Origin: Macrostomum lignano
Lineage: Eukaryota
Length of the DNA stretch: 64,000 nt
Assembly: GCA_002269645.1 (NCBI GenBank)
Contig: NIVC01002216.1
Coordinates: 62,001-126,000 of the forward strand
Reading direction: 5' to 3'
Shown here: positions 11,841 through 30,967 of the stretch, piece by piece
How positions within the stretch are numbered: position 1 is the stretch's first letter
How the letters are laid out: every line of letters begins with the position of its first letter
Notes under the pieces: generated by a model
The model's input: only the letters and a program-made list of their open reading frames with translations
What the model was told of the DNA's origin: nothing
Databases searched by the model: none
Translations under genes and position numbers: made by a program

Positions 11841-13507
11841 AATCTACATCCAATTTATCCTATAGGACCTTATCTGATCGAACGCATGACCTCATCTGAC
11901 CCAATTTGAACCCATCTGACTCAAACCAGACTATGTGGCCCAATACATGTAGCAGTGACAAAGCTAAATTCCCTAAAACTGAGTCATCTGATCCAACAGT
12001 ACCAACAACGCCAAATTCCAATAAAATTTCGATAGCCAATGCAGGGAGGAAAAAAGCATTTGACGCAGCAGCACTGCGGCCTGCGGACGCGCCAGTCGGG
12101 CGGCCGGCAACTGCGAGCCGAAAATGATAAAAAATGACGAAAAGTTGCTTTTGAAGGCAGTTGAAGAACAAAAATGCGGCACTTGAATAAAAACACGCAA
12201 GGATTCTTTGGCGGGTCAATCTCTGTCTTCTTTTAGTCTGCAAGAGGGCTATAAAAACACAAATTGATATTGCAGTCCTTTGGGTCTTGCAGTATAGATT
12301 ATGCTGTTTTTACAATAACCTATTTGTACCCCCTGGTACTGGCGGCGCAGCACCAATTATGGACAAGACTTCTTTTCTTCTGAAGAGTTCCGAGTGAGGA
12401 TCTTCAATTGCCTTCCCCCGAATTCGGGTCTTTTGCCTGGCTTCAAAGTGGCTGCGCGGGCCAGCGGCTAGCAGTGCGCGGTAAGTGCTCTTGTGGGCGC
12501 CACTTGTCTACCATTTTTGGTGCTCCAAATTTCGATGCTTACTGATTTTGGGCGCCCTCAGCAACTAACCTTGGTGCCCTTGACAACCATTATGAGCACC
12601 TTAACTTAGCAGCTACATTGGTGCCATTGACATCCATTTTTGGCGTCCTTAGCAACTACTTTGAGCGTCACTGACAACCATTTTGGCAGCCTTGACAACC
12701 ATTTTGGTGCTCTTGACAACCATTTTGGCAACTAACCTGAGTGCCCCTAGCAACTATTTTGGCATCAATAGCAACTACGAGTACCTTGAGCGCCCTCGAC
12801 AAGCATTGACAAAATTAGCAATTACCTTTTTTGTGACTCTGACAACCAGTTTGATCCCCTTGAACTGAGGTTTGGACGCACAAATAGCGTTAGATGCCCT
12901 GGTGCCATGATTTTTACACAATAATTTTTCCCTGCTCTGGAAGGCACCCTCTGTTAATTATTACGAAATAATAATTTAATTGTTAATTCTCATTCACAGA
13001 CCGACCTCAGTCTGCCGCTTGCGCCCCCAGCCAAACATCGCTGGCCCTCCGGCCCTCCGGCATGTAATCTGACCTCCAGCCGCCTCCCTCCCTTAGTTAC
13101 CTACCAATAAATCATTTCCGGACAATGGAGACGGCGGTTCCCGTATCATAGCCTAGCCTGGATGTGACGCAATATCTCTCTTGTCATCAAGCTAAACCAA
13201 ATCTCTCTCTGTGTGTGCTGTGTAAACTTGGCTTATAGTTTTGTCGGTCTCCGCTTCATAACTGCTCCGAGTGTATATGGGGCAGAGGGTGTGTGCATGC
13301 TTTCGATTTCTATTGCGAATAACCTGGCTGGGCATCAGTTTACCCGCTAATTATCACCATGGTAATAAACTGGGGGGCTGTGATAATGATATGCTGCTTT
13401 CCTGTGTAGGCGGGCTGGGCATTCTGGTGCACCAGTAAAAACATTGGGCGCCTTAGTAACTGGCGTCAAGGCCTCAGCATCCAGAGAGACATGGCTAGAG
13501 CACTGAT

Positions 13508-14135
13508 CCTCGGCACCTCAACATCCAGCGTTAAGACTTCGGCACCTCAACATCCAGCGTTAAGACTTCGGCACCTCAGCATCCAGCGTTAAGACTTCGG
13601 CACCTCTACATCCAGCGTTAGGACCTCGGCACCTCAACATCCAGCGTTAAGACTTCGGCACCTCTACATCCAGCGTTAGGACCTCGGCACCTCAACATCC
13701 AGCGTTAAGACTTCGGCACCTCAGCATCCAGCGTTTAGACCTCGGCACCTCTACATCCAGCGTTTAGACCTCGGCACCTCAACATCCAGCATTTAGACTT
13801 CGGCACCTCAGCATCCTCAACATCCAGCGTTTAGACCTCGGCACCTCAACATCCAGCGTTTAGACCTCGGCACCTCAACATCCAGCGTTTAGACCTCGGC
13901 ACCTCAACATCCAGCATTTAGACTTCGGCACCTCAGCATCCAGCGTTAAGACCTCGGCACCTCAACATCCAGCGTTAAGACCTCGGCACCTCAACATCCT
14001 CAACATCCAGCGTTAAGACTTCGGCACCACAACATCCTCAACATCCAGCGTTAAGACTTCGGCACCTCAGCATCCTCAACATCCAGCGTTAAGACTTCGG
14101 CACCACAACATTCTCAACATCCAGCGTTAGGACTT
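13508..14135. repeat. 29-bp minisatellite (CGGCACCTCAACATCCAGCGTTAAGACTT)
   Basis: period 29 with internal CTCAACAT duplications. Confidence 0.95.
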
Positions 14136-15284
14136 TCAACCTTCAATAGCTCGTACTGGGGGTTCAACACACCAAAGCAGTTATCGCTGTCTAACATCAA
14201 GCGCAGTCCGGTCAATCCTAACAAATTTACGGTCTATATGCGCAGCAGTTTTACAGCGACATTACCCCGCATGCCCACCCTATCTTACGCGAACACTAGA
14301 CAAGTCGCCAATGGCTTTCTCTCTTATCGAGTGGGGTGTTATACGACTCCCTGTGTTCGTTAGTTTTAACAGCCGATCTTAGTTTTGGTCTGGCCGAGCT
14401 AATGATGAACGGCGAGCGCCGGAGGGAATAAGAGGCACAAGGAGGCCTTGGAAGACAATCTGGATTGCTGAATCAAAAAAGAGACTCTCGCGCCACGACT
14501 TCTCTTGAAAATTTGTGTTGTCATGCGATTGGTAATAAAATAACAGAATTACTCTGGACCATAGACTGATCACAGTGATTTTAATGAGAATGTTGCTACT
14601 CCAGATTCAAGGCTCGAAGTCTCCTTGAATCGGGGCAGAGTGGGGTGGCACCGCGAGCGCTTCTAGTGGCCTGTCTTTACTGACATTGCAAACGGCAGCA
14701 GTTGCTACAGGGGGGACCGCGTGTAGACTGTTCCCCATTGTCTGGAATGCTTGACTCGAATCCATTGGTCCCTCAGTTCCAGAATGCATCAGCTGCTATC
14801 GAAGTGTCATCATTTTTTCTTCTCGGTATTAAAGTCGACTGCCGCTGCCTCTACTGTGACCCAGTGGAATGTGTCGACAGCGTGTTACTATGGGGCCTTT
14901 CTTATGTAGTTTGGTCTTATTAAAAGTACTTGTGAAGCCCGAAGTTCAAAAAGAAATGTGTATAATGAGATTTACAAGCTGCCAACAATTGATTGGGTGG
15001 AATAGAACGGAACTGATCAATGGGATTTGGGATGTTGAGCATGGGAGACGCAGCAGTGCGGAACTGGTTTGGAACAGAGTGGAATGCGCCATGCCAGGAT
15101 TTCGCAACTGTCCCGTGCAGATCGGGCAGGGGCTGCGCCGGCTCGACCGGAACCGCCAGGCCACTTCGGTTTCGACTGGCTCTGATGGAACTCTCCCAGT
15201 AGCCATGCCGTTTTGGAATTGGGATATTTGTGGTCTAGCCGAAAAGCTTGAATTCGAAATCCCCAAGTCCTATCAAGTGTAATT

Positions 15285-15760
15285 CAAAATATCCCCAGAT
15301 CCCACCGAATGTAATTCTAAATCGCCCCAAAGATCCTATTTGAAATCTCCTAAAGTTCCCAACAAATGTAATAAGAAATCTCCCAAAGATCCTATCAAAT
15401 GTGCTTTGAAATCTCCCAAAGATCCCATCAAATTTAATATTCAAAATCTCCCAAAGATACCATCAAATCTAATTGAAATCTCCCGAAGATCCCATCAAAT
15501 GTGATATTCGAAATCTCCCAAAAGTCCCATCAAATTTAATATTCGAAAATTCCCAAAGACCCCATCAAATTTAATATTCAAAATCTCCCAAAGATACCAT
15601 CAAATCTAATCGAAATCTCCCTAAAGATCCCATCAAATGCTATTATTCGAAATCTCTCCCAAGAGCCCATCAAATGTGATTTGAAATCTCCATAAAGATC
15701 CCACCGAATGTAATTCGAAATCTCCCAAAGAGCCCATTATTAACTAAAACTCGAAATCCC
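15285..15760. repeat. Degenerate ~35-bp minisatellite (AAATCTCCCAAAGATCCCATCAAAT..)
   Basis: diverged tandem units. Confidence 0.8.
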
Positions 15761-16507
15761 TTGAGATCCCAAGCAATGTTTTGTACTAAAAAATTTTCTT
15801 TTAAAAGCAGCCTCAAGTCCCCCGTGGCTGCCTGCCACTCTGTCTGTCCCATCTTCATTTTCTCGCCTTCAGCCAATTTCTTGGGAAAAAGCAACTGTCA
15901 GGCATGAAAATGGGAAAATTGGGGGATTTGCCTGGCGCAAGGGCATTGCTGGCCCGGGAACAGACGGGCGGAAGCGGTAAGGTTCGGCGAGCCTCCCGAA
16001 GGGTCAGCGGTTTGTTTTCGAACACGGAAGAGGCTCCGGTCGAATGTTGATATGATGGCAGCTCGGACGCAACACCTACGGGAAGTTGATGGAGGGTTGG
16101 GAGAGGAGCGGCGTGTTGTCGGGGGGGGGGGCGAATTGGTTCACGCCTCGTGTACCGCGACTTCTCCGCTCCTCAGGCGAGGCTCAGGTCGGCATGTGGG
16201 CCTCCGATTTGGGTGAGAGTGGGAAGGTGTGCAGCCAGGGGTCACGACCTCTTCGGCCATTCCGCCAAGATTTTCAATCGCAGCTCCCGGATTGACCTCG
16301 ACTTCTAAATAGATTTTTTGTCCGCTCAACAAATCGCCGCGGATTTTGTCTTCCCCGGAAGCCTCTTGCAGCTTTGTTTTAACGGCCGACATAAACACAC
16401 TGGGCCTGTTTTGCGGAATGTCAAATCTAGATAGCTGGAATGGAGGCAGTCCAGGTGAAAGTAGCTGATTCGCAAACTCCCAAATTTACATCACACCCTT
16501 TGAGCCT

Positions 16508-16925
16508 CCCCAAAGGTAGCTTCTCCCTTCAAGGGTAGCTTCTCCCTTCAAGGCTAGCTTCTCCCTTCCAGGGTAGCTTCTCCCTTCCAGGGTAGCTTCT
16601 CCCTTCAAGGCTAGCTTCTCCCTTCCAGGGTAGCTTCTCCCTTCCAGGGTAGCTTCTCCCTTCAAGGGTAGCTTCTCCCTTCAAGGGTAGCTTCTCCCTT
16701 CAAGGCTAGCTTCTCCCTTCCAGGGTAGCTTCTCCCTTCCAGGGTAGCTTCTCCCTTCAAGGCTAGCTTCTCCCTTCAAGGGTAGCTTCTCCCTTCCAGG
16801 GTAGCTTCTCCCTTCAAGGGTAGCTTCTCCCTTCAAGGGTAGCTTCTCCCTTCCAGGGTAGCTTCTCCCTTCCAGGGTAGCTTCTCCCCCCAAGGGTAGC
16901 TTCTCCCTTCAAGGGTAGCTTCTCC
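16508..16925. repeat. 19-bp minisatellite (GGGTAGCTTCTCCCTTCA/CA)
   Basis: period 19. Confidence 0.95.
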
Positions 16926-17669
16926 CAGGAAGGATAACACAAAAACAGCTACCATTGGCCCAGGTCCAGAATCAATGTCTCTTAGCATTCCTTGACTATG
17001 TTGATGAACACCAGCTTAGAGTGAGTCACACCGGTAACTCTCTAGCCAGTCGGCAACTTTATGAATAACAAAGTTCGTTCTGTTCCGCCGGTGTGTCAGC
17101 GTTTGGTCGCCGGGCGACAACTGAACTGCGGGGATTTCCAATGCGCTTTAGTTGGGATTTGAATAATCTTTGCTTTCTAGTGATAATAATAATTGCAGCA
17201 GGGACTGATCGTTCCACAACGCTCACAAAGGGTGCACAGCAGCCCAGACTTTCTAATCGTCAGGCATTGGATCCCAAGCGAAAAGTAACTGGAGTGAATG
17301 AACCATCTGTACAGGTGCTCCACTTGTTTTTTTCCGCTGCGCTGCCCCAACGTCCAGGTGTCTATTGTAGCGGTCCTCGATTCATCATCAAAACTGTTAG
17401 AAGGGGCGTCTTGAAAATAGTTTGGATGTGTAAGGCGAGGCACGCGCGGCCCCAATTGAGGGAAAAAACTTGACGAGAAGGAGACTGCAGGATGAGAGGG
17501 GACGGCCGAGGCGACCGGAGCGCAAAATCTGGACTGCCAACTTCTCCCAAGTTAAAAATCAATTTAGCATGCCACTTCAAAATGCCTAAATTTCGCAAGA
17601 TATAAAATTTTATGCGACAAATTTCATCGGATCTAAACTTCATTTAGCCTAAATTTCATGGGATTCAAA

Positions 17670-18365
17670 TTCTGTAGGACCTAAAACTTATAGGACCTAC
17701 ATGTCACGTGACCTAAATTTCTTCTAGGAACTAAATTTTTCAGGACCTTAATTTCATAGGACCTAAATTTCTCTAGGAATTAAATTCTTTAGGACCTTAA
17801 TTTCACAGGACCTAAATTTCATAGGACCTAAATTTCTTATAGGAACAAAATTCTTTGGGACCTTAATTTCATAGGACCTAAATTTCATAGGACCTAAATT
17901 TCATAGGACCTAAATTTCTTCTAGGAACTAAATTCTTTAGGACCTTAATTTCACAGAACCTAAATTTCATAGGACCTAAATTTCTCTAGGAACTAAATTC
18001 TTTAGGACCTTAATTTCACAGGACCTAAATTTCATAGGACCTAAATTTCTCTAGGAACTAAATTCTTTAGGACCTTAATTTCACAGGACCAAAATTTCAT
18101 AGGACCTAAATTTCTCTAGGAACTAAATTCTTTAGGACCTTAATTTCACAGGACCTTAATTTCATAGGACCTAAATTTCTCTAGGAACTAAATTCTTTAG
18201 GACCTTAATTTCACAGGACCTAAATTTCATAGGACCTAAATTTCTCTAGGAACTAAATTCTTTAGGACCTTAATTTCACAGGACCTAAATTTCATAGGAC
18301 CTAAATTTCTTCTAGGAACTAAATTCTTTGGGACCTAAATTTCATAGGACCAAAATTTCATATCA
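17670..18365. repeat. AT-rich array of 16-17-bp monomers with a 66-bp higher-order repeat
   Basis: GGACCTAAATTTCATA-type monomers; TTTAGGACC recurs every 66 bp. Confidence 0.85.
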
Positions 18366-19069
18366 CCTAAAAGTTTCAAGACTCCAAGAACCCAATAACT
18401 TTGAACCTTCATAACATCTAAATTTCACATTTATAAAAAGTTCCCTAAAAGCGAATGCGTGAATTGTTGTCGAAGCCGCCAAGAGCCGTGGCTCCAGGCT
18501 CAGGTCCCGGATCTCCTTGGCTGGGCCCGGCAGCTGCAAAATTTTTCTCGCGTGAGCAGACGCTTGAATTCGACCAGCGCTCCTCTCTCCTTTGCTCCCC
18601 ATCGGTGAGGCCGCATTTCCTAATGCAAACTTGGGACACAGTTGAGTAGTGAGCGCTCGCAAAGACAGTTTCAATTTTCACGCAACAAAAATCCATTCAC
18701 AGATTCTCCCAGATGGCCAGGTGTTCCCAGAGGGGCTTCCCTGCCCGCTTTGTCGGCATTGAGTTGCCACTCCAGCAGCCAGTAGTGAAGAGGTTGGGGA
18801 GAAATGTTTTTTAAATATTCATATTTCTAGTTGCTGGGGCTTCGATTCATTGCACGCGTACGCTCGTAGGTCACCAAAATTTTGCCGAAGGCGTCAAACA
18901 GGGGCTTGATGAAGCTCCCGAGATAACGGCAACTCTTTGTCAGCTAAAACTGGCTCTTTTTTACAAGCACGTGACAGGCTCAGCTGGGACTTGGGGGGGG
19001 GCGATGAAGAATATGATGGAAACTGGAGCAGTTCTGTGGGTGCTGGGCTGCCCCCTAATGCCTTTGTCC

Positions 19070-19380
19070 TTGGTCTCCTCTCTTCAACTCTCTCTTCTCT
19101 CGCCTCTCTTTTCTTTTTCTCCAATCTAACCTCTCCTCTTTCTCTCTCATCTCATCTCCTCTCTCCTCTCTCCACCTCTCTATTCTCTCTCCTCTTGCTT
19201 CTTACCTATTTCCTTATTCTCCTATCTAATCTCTCCTCTTTCTCTTTCATCTCATCCCCCCTCTTCTCTTCTCTCTTCTATTCTCTCTTCTCTCATCTCC
19301 TCTCTCCTCTCTTCTTTATCCTCCCCTCCTTTCTCCTCATTTCTCTCACCTCTCCTTCGCTCCTCTTTCCTTTCCTCTGC
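19070..19380. repeat. CT-rich low-complexity tract
   Basis: direct inspection. Confidence 0.85.
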
Positions 19381-20676
19381 CTTGGCTGCCCCTTTTCAGA
19401 GTTCAGCAGGCTGAGCTGGCCCTCCTCATGCCTGCAATCGCAGCCCACAGCGCAATCCCGTGTCCCCAAGCGCCTGTGTCGTTACCCAACTTTCTAAAAG
19501 CCACCCTGCATTCCTATAAAAACTGACCCGGCAAAAAGCATTGGACTTTGGCAACAGACAGCCGGAGAACGGCAGCAAGAGCTTTCTTTGCGACTCTGTC
19601 TGAGAGAGAGAAATGAGCCAGAAAAAAAGAGGATTGAGCAAGTAAGTTTTGCTTTTTTGCCACCTCAAGAGTGAGAGTTACAAAATAGAACGCAGAGAGA
19701 GAAAGGGGACTCTGTCTGTACAAATTCAATTTCTCAATTTCCATTCTGTAGCAGCTCATGTCCTCTCGCCATCAGGCACTGCCAGTCCACTTTTGCATCG
19801 GAGAACTTCCTGCGATTCTCTTTTTCTTGCCGTTAAAAGTTGACCCCAGTCCAGCCAATTCTTGCTTGTCTTTAAAAGTTGGCAATTCTGTGTTTGCTTT
19901 GATTGACAATCGCTGCTCGCGCAAGCCTAAAAATCCTTTAGCTGATCCCCTGACTGAGATAAGGGGGATAATTATGGCTGCACTATGACAGTCAGTGTAA
20001 CTGTAAAAAGGGATTACACCGCATACTACGGGGAGCAAACCTCGACCATCGGCCAGCCCTGCGTGGCTAAAGCAATGGCATTGTCACAGTCCGTCTGACC
20101 TGGAGGCCCAGCCGCTCCCTCATTGGCTGTCACCGGGGGTGTCAGACACAGACAGACAGTCAGCACTGGGCGAGCATGCAGACCGCACATTGTGTGGCAT
20201 TAGGGCCCCTCCTCCAAAACCCTTATAGAAGCAAGAACTGAAGCACAAGAGAAAGCCAACCTCCATTTACTCCGTTTTCTCACAGGCCCGTCTCATCCTG
20301 TTCTCTCTTCCCCAGTAGATTTCATCCCCAGGGGAGAAATTTCCCCTCAACTCCGTGGCCTCCAGCCCACTCTTCAATGTAGCCAATGAGTTGTGGCGTA
20401 CCGACCCCAGCCCCCACCCCTAGAAGTGGCCGTGTTACACCTGCTTGTAACCCTCCCTCTGTCCTGCTGTCTGACTTGGCACCTTAAAATAGACAATCCC
20501 CCGTCTACTGACCCGGCTGCCTGACTGACTGACAGCTGCGGGCTCGGCAAGCATAATAAATAAAATCCTGCAGGGCATGATTGACAAAGTTTGCCCACCC
20601 CAGCAACAAGTTTGAGGCAGCTGAAGCTGAAGCCGAGGACTCGCTAAGCGTAGGTGAGCTTTTGTCTGGCTGGAAT

Positions 20677-21300
20677 GTGGGATCTAGGATGTGGGATCTC
20701 TAGGATTTGGGATCTAGGATGTGGGATCTCTAGGATGTGGGATCTAGGATGTGGGATCTCTAGGATGTGGGATCTAGGATGTGGGATCTCTAGGATCTGG
20801 GATCTCTAGGATCTGGGATCTCTTGGATCTGGGATCTCTAGGATCTGGGATCTCTTGGATGTGGAATCTCTAGGATCTGGGATCTCTTGGATCTGGGATC
20901 TCTTGGATCTGGGATCTCTAGGATCTGGGATCTCTAGGATGTGGGATCTAGGATGTGGGATCTCTAGGATCTGGGATCTCTAGGATCTGGGATCTCTTGG
21001 ATCTGGGATCTCTAGGATCTGGGATCTCTTGGATGTGGAATCTCTAGGATCTGGGATCTCTTGGATCTGGGATCTCTTGGATCTGGGATCTCTAGGATCT
21101 GGGATCTCTAGGATCTGGGATCTCTAAGATCTGGGATCTCTTGGATTTGGGATCTCTTGGATGTGGGATCTCTAGGATGTGGGATCTCTAGGATGTGGGA
21201 TCTCTAGGATGTGGGATCTCTAGGATGTGGGATCTCTTGGATCTGGGATCTCTAGGATCTGGGATTTTTAGGATCTAGGATCTTTAGGATCTGGGAGCTA
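20677..21300. repeat. 16-bp minisatellite (GGGATCTCTAGGATCT/GT)
   Basis: period 16 with 14-bp variants. Confidence 0.95.
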
Positions 21301-22931
21301 GGATATCTAGAATGCGATTTGTCATCTAGGGCTGAGTATCTGGGACCTCTTATGCCTAGAAAGCAGCAAACCACCTAATTGACAGGTGGACAGATATCCA
21401 CATTAGCGAGGCCTAATTGTCAGCAACCAACCTTAGAATTCAGTGAGCCTGTGTTAAAACATTCACCCCCTTGAAACATTCTGCCAGCTTCAATTGTCCG
21501 CACTTGAAGTTCCGTGCTGGAAACATGTGGACGGGGGGGGGAGACATAAAACTTCGGAGTTGCCGAAAGATTGACAAGCACAATATATTGCCCCCAGTGA
21601 TTGATGCGTGTAAATTATTGGATGGGGTGGGGATTCTGCGGCGTAGCGACTCCATGAACTGCAATCTAATTTTTCTTCTTTCTGTTTGGTCGCAGAAAAT
21701 TTCCCGAAAATTTCTCTAAGAAGCGATCGGCTGATAGCCTTTTGTATCCCCTCGAATGTTCAAGATGATGCCACTGCTTGATTCACCTGTCAGCTGAAAT
21801 CCTTTTGCTTGCCTGTCTGTCAATCTGCCTTCTTTCTCTCCAAGCCATCCCAGTTTATCCGCTGTGTCTCTGCTGATCCCCACTAGCCACTGCGTGATGG
21901 GGAATGCTGAAGGCTTGAAGGGTGGCGGGGATGCACCGTCCAGGCCCGACGGCAGCGGCTCCCATGGTGCACCGAGTTGATTGCATTATTGATTGCGCAA
22001 TCGCTGCAAATGGCCGCCTACATCATGCGCGAGCTGCGACCCGGCGGGGTGGAACCCCGGCTCGGCGGGAGCCCCATCTTTGCGATCCCCGCGTGCTCGG
22101 TTGGCTGAGGATATCTGCTTGTCTGGTGTTTTCTTGGAAATCGACACCTGAGCGGATTTGGTCCGGTTGCTGGTCTCCCAGTCTCCCAGACCTTCATCTC
22201 CCAGTCTCCCAGACCTTCATCTCCCAGTCTCCCAGTCCTTCATCTCCCAGTCTCCCAGTCCTTCATCTCCCAGTCTCCCAGACCTTCATCTCCCAGTCTC
22301 CTAATCCTTCATCTCCCAGTCTCCCAGTCCTTCATCTCCCAGTCTCCCAGTCCTTCATCTCCCAGTCTCCCAGTCCTTCATCTCCCAGTCTCCCAGTCCT
22401 TCATCTCCCAGTCTCCCAGACCTTCATCTCCCAGTCTCCTAATCCTTCATCTCCCAGTCTCCTAATCCTTCATCTCCCAGTCTCCCAGACCTTCATCTCC
22501 CAGTCTCCCAGTCCTTCATCTCCCAGTCTCCCAGACCTTCATCTCCCAGTCTCCCAGTCCTTCATCTCCCAGTCTCCCAGACCTTCATCTCCCAGTCTCC
22601 TAATCCTTCATCTCCCAGTCTCCTAATCCTTCATCTCCCAGTCTCCCAGACCTTCATCTCCCAGTCTCCCAGACCTTCATCTCCCAGTCTCCTAATCCTT
22701 CATCTCCCAGTCTCCCAGTCCTTCATCTCCCAGTCTCCCAGACCTTCATCTCCCAGTCTCCTAATCCTTCATCTCCCAGTCTCCCAGTCCTTCATCTCCC
22801 AGTCTCCCAGTCCTTCATCTCCCAGTCTCCCAGACCTTCTTACTTACTTACTTACTACTGACGGGGGGCGCAGGCGCCGCGAATAGGCCGCGAGGCCCCT
22901 ATCGCAACCCCAAGGTAAAAGAGCACAAGGA

Positions 22932-27812
<4,881 letters not shown>

Positions 27813-28867
27813 CTAACCCTAACCCTCCCAGACCTTCATCTCCCAGTCTCCTAATCCTTCATCTCCCAGTCTCCTAATCCTTCATCTCCCAGTCTCCCAG
27901 ACCTTCATCTCCCAGTCTCCCAGACCTTCATCTCCCAGTCTTCCAGTCCTTCATCTCCTAGTCTCCCAATCTTCAACCCCAATATCCCCAGTCCCCAGTC
28001 TCTCTGCGTCAGTCCATTTCATATCCTTGTCCCCGACCTTCTGTCTCCCTTTCCCAAGCCAGCTCTGCTTTCACTAATTTAGACTAATGGAATAGGCATA
28101 TTTCCGCAGAAGTGCCCGACACAAGGCAGCGCAGGAAGACCCCAGACTTCGGCAGCTACTTAGAGACTGTCAGCTACCATCGCTTCAAACCCAGTTTGTG
28201 CTTTTTTTCTGCCTCCGCATCCTCGCATCCATCTTCATTTCCGCCAGTCCCGCCAGTGCTGAGGGAATTCTTCAAAGTTCGGGGCCCAGTTCCGAGCAAC
28301 TAAATAATAGACATTCATTCCCCGCTTCGGTTTGCCCCTTGGTGTCGGCCTCTTTAAGTGGCAATTTGTGCCGGTTTTTGCGGCAATGCTGCCTTTTTTC
28401 AGCAACTTGACAATGATGCCCGCGAAGGGGACCGACCGCAGTGTGCGCAGGCAGCGAAAAATGCCAATATGTATATAGACTGGATATCTAGCTAGTTCTA
28501 GGCAATATTAGGCCGCAAGCACATCCGTGATGCTTCATATCGGCGCAGTTTAGTTCGTATATTAATGTTTAGTAAAAAGTTGATTTGATATGCCCGCTCT
28601 GTTTCGCTGAGGTGGGTCGCCCCCTACCGCCTCTGCCCTCTGGGATGGATACAGAGAGACAAGACGGCAGATTAGAATGTATTTATGGGAGCTGCTGATG
28701 GCGAACTTCTTGCTGCCTGAGGCCACTTCTTTGATCGATCAGTTTCTCGTTCTGCTGCTGCCGATGCGGATTGAATAAAAAAAATAATTGCATATATTTT
28801 AGCATTGGGTTAAGCGCTGTTTGAGTATCAGTATCAGAGTTTTTGGTTTGCTCATTTATCAATACGC

Positions 28868-29395
28868 AGAGCTTGGTAGGGGGCGGATTTCGAGGGCGGA
28901 GAAGCTTGGTAGGGGGCGGATTTCGAGGGCGGAGAAGCTTGGTAGGGGGGGGCGGATTTTGACAGCGGAGGAGCTTGGTAGGGGGGATGTCGAGAGCGGA
29001 GAAGCTTGGTAGGGGGCGGATTTTGACAGCGAAGGAGCTTGGTAGGGGGGATGTCGAGAGCGGAGAAGCTTGGTAGGGGGCGGATTTTGACAGCGGAGGA
29101 GCTTGGTAGGGGGGATGTCAAGAGCGGAGAAGCTTGGTAGGGGGCGGATTTTGACAGCGGAGGAGCTTGGTAGGGGGGATGTCGAGAGCGGAGAAGCTTA
29201 GTAGGGGGCGGATTTTGACAGCGGAGGAGCTTGGTAGGGGGGATGTCGAGAGTGGAGAAGCTTGGTAGGGGGGCGGATTTCGAGAGAAAAGGAGCTTGGT
29301 AGGGGGGGGCGTATTTCGAGAGCGGGTAGGGGGTGGATTTCAAGAGCTGAGAAGCTTAGTAGGGGGCGGATTTCGAGAGTGAGGAGCTTAGTATG
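28868..29395. repeat. ~33-bp G-rich minisatellite with two alternating variants
   Basis: AGCTTGGTAGGGGGCGGATTTTGACAGCGGAGG / ..GATGTCGAGAGCGGAGA. Confidence 0.9.
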
Positions 29396-29739
29396 GCGAA
29401 TTCAAATTTTCATATTTTTTCAAGGTCAGACAAGGTTCAAAAAAGACGATTAGTTTAATTTTGAGTTGATTTTTGACACCAATTGAAGAAACTAATGAAT
29501 ATTTCCAGGAATGCTTGAATCAGCTACGCCAATAGCAACTGTGACTGGATTGTAATTAAGGAAATTGTGATTGCACTAATTTCCGTTTTAAATTAAATGG
29601 GACTGGCGATAGTCTATCGCACCGGATATTGGATGTGATTAACTCGCAGAGTTAATGATGGCCCGGATCAAGGCACATCCATTTAGAGAGGCTGGGCGGG
29701 GCTGGGGTACACCAAAGGGCAATCATCTTTATCTGTCTC

Positions 29740-29885
29740 TCTGCATTCTCTGACATCCTCTCTGCATCTCTATCAGCCTCTCTGCATCTCTATCAGCCTC
29801 TCTGCATCTCTATCAGCCTCTCTGCATCTCTATCAGCCTCTCTGCATCTCTATCAGCCTCCCTGCATCTCTTTCAGTCTTCCTGC
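29740..29885. repeat. 20-bp minisatellite (TCTGCATCTCTATCAGCCTC)
   Basis: ~6 copies. Confidence 0.9.
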
Positions 29886-30564
29886 ATCCAACATCTGTAC
29901 TCAACCTTTCATCACTGATCATTGTTTACCAAATTTACTTATCGTTATTCCCCTAGCAACTATCTCTCACTCATAATCAATCGTTTTCATTTTCATTTTT
30001 CATTCCCATTGGCCCCTTCATAAACCGAAGCGGCTTATCTCAATGGCGATTCGCTCCCTACAAAAAACTTTCTAAAACCTGCCGTGAAATCCGCTGCCAT
30101 GGCTGTCCAGGTGGTCGCGCGGTGCCCATTTGGGAGTTGGGGGAGGGGGTTCAGAAAGCCATAAAAGCTTCGGTCACCCCATGAGGTGCGCAGTGGGCCA
30201 TGAACTCCCCCCCACACGACAAAACCGTCTCCTGCCAGAGGAAGCCCTTCGATGGCAAATCGCTTGGAGTTTTCTTGAGTTTCTTCTTCTTCATCTGCTG
30301 CGACTGCGACTCGGTTCTTCCTTCGCCTCCTAAGGACTTGGCGCAGTGACCCGAGAGAAATCAGGTTTAGATTTAGAGTCTTCACCAACTATAATACTTA
30401 TCCCGCTGGCTATAGTCCAGCCAGAGCCAATTAGAGAGCCCAGGCGAGAAAGCAGCTCCCGAAGAAAAAGCCAAAATCGGCTCAGAAGTTTTGGCGGGCT
30501 TCCCTCGGAACCTGCGCTGTGCCAACTTCAACCCTGGCTTCGAAATCGCCTGCCGCAATCTCAG

Positions 30565-30957
30565 GTGCGAATCGCCGCATTGTGTACAGCCTGCCCGCCG
30601 AGTCCAAGCCGCTGTCCGACCGATTCCGAGTGGACCCTCAGACCGGCCTGGTCACCCTCGGCCACAGTCGGCTTGACCGGGAGGTGTCCGAGGTCCACCG
30701 GATACCTGTGGTTGCCAGGGACTCCGGACAGCCGCCTAGGAGCTCAACTCACGCCGTGCTGCTTACCGTCATGGACGTCAATGACAATCCGCCGGTGTTC
30801 GAGCCGTCCAGCCTGGACTTCAGCCTGTCCGAGGACACGCCGGTGAACTACAGAATCGCCCAGCTCAGGGCCACCAGCAGAGATGCCGGACTCAATGGCG
30901 CTGTGAGGTACCGCCTTATGGACAATGACGCTTTGTTCTCTGTGGACGCAGTGCATG
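30565..30957 (+). CDS. Fat-like cadherin exon E
   Basis: tctcag|GT phase 1 completes DRDAG-ANRRIVYSL across a 19.4-kb intron; LDREV, DVNDNPPVF; donor gtgagt. Confidence 0.9.
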
Positions 30958-30967
30958 GTGAGTAGGG

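Noticed and set aside
12683-12868. ORF superficially resembling a mitochondrial ND5 N-terminus (NUMT)
   Set aside because: It overlies degenerate TGACAACCATTTTGG repeats, and no flanking mitochondrial sequence is recognisable.
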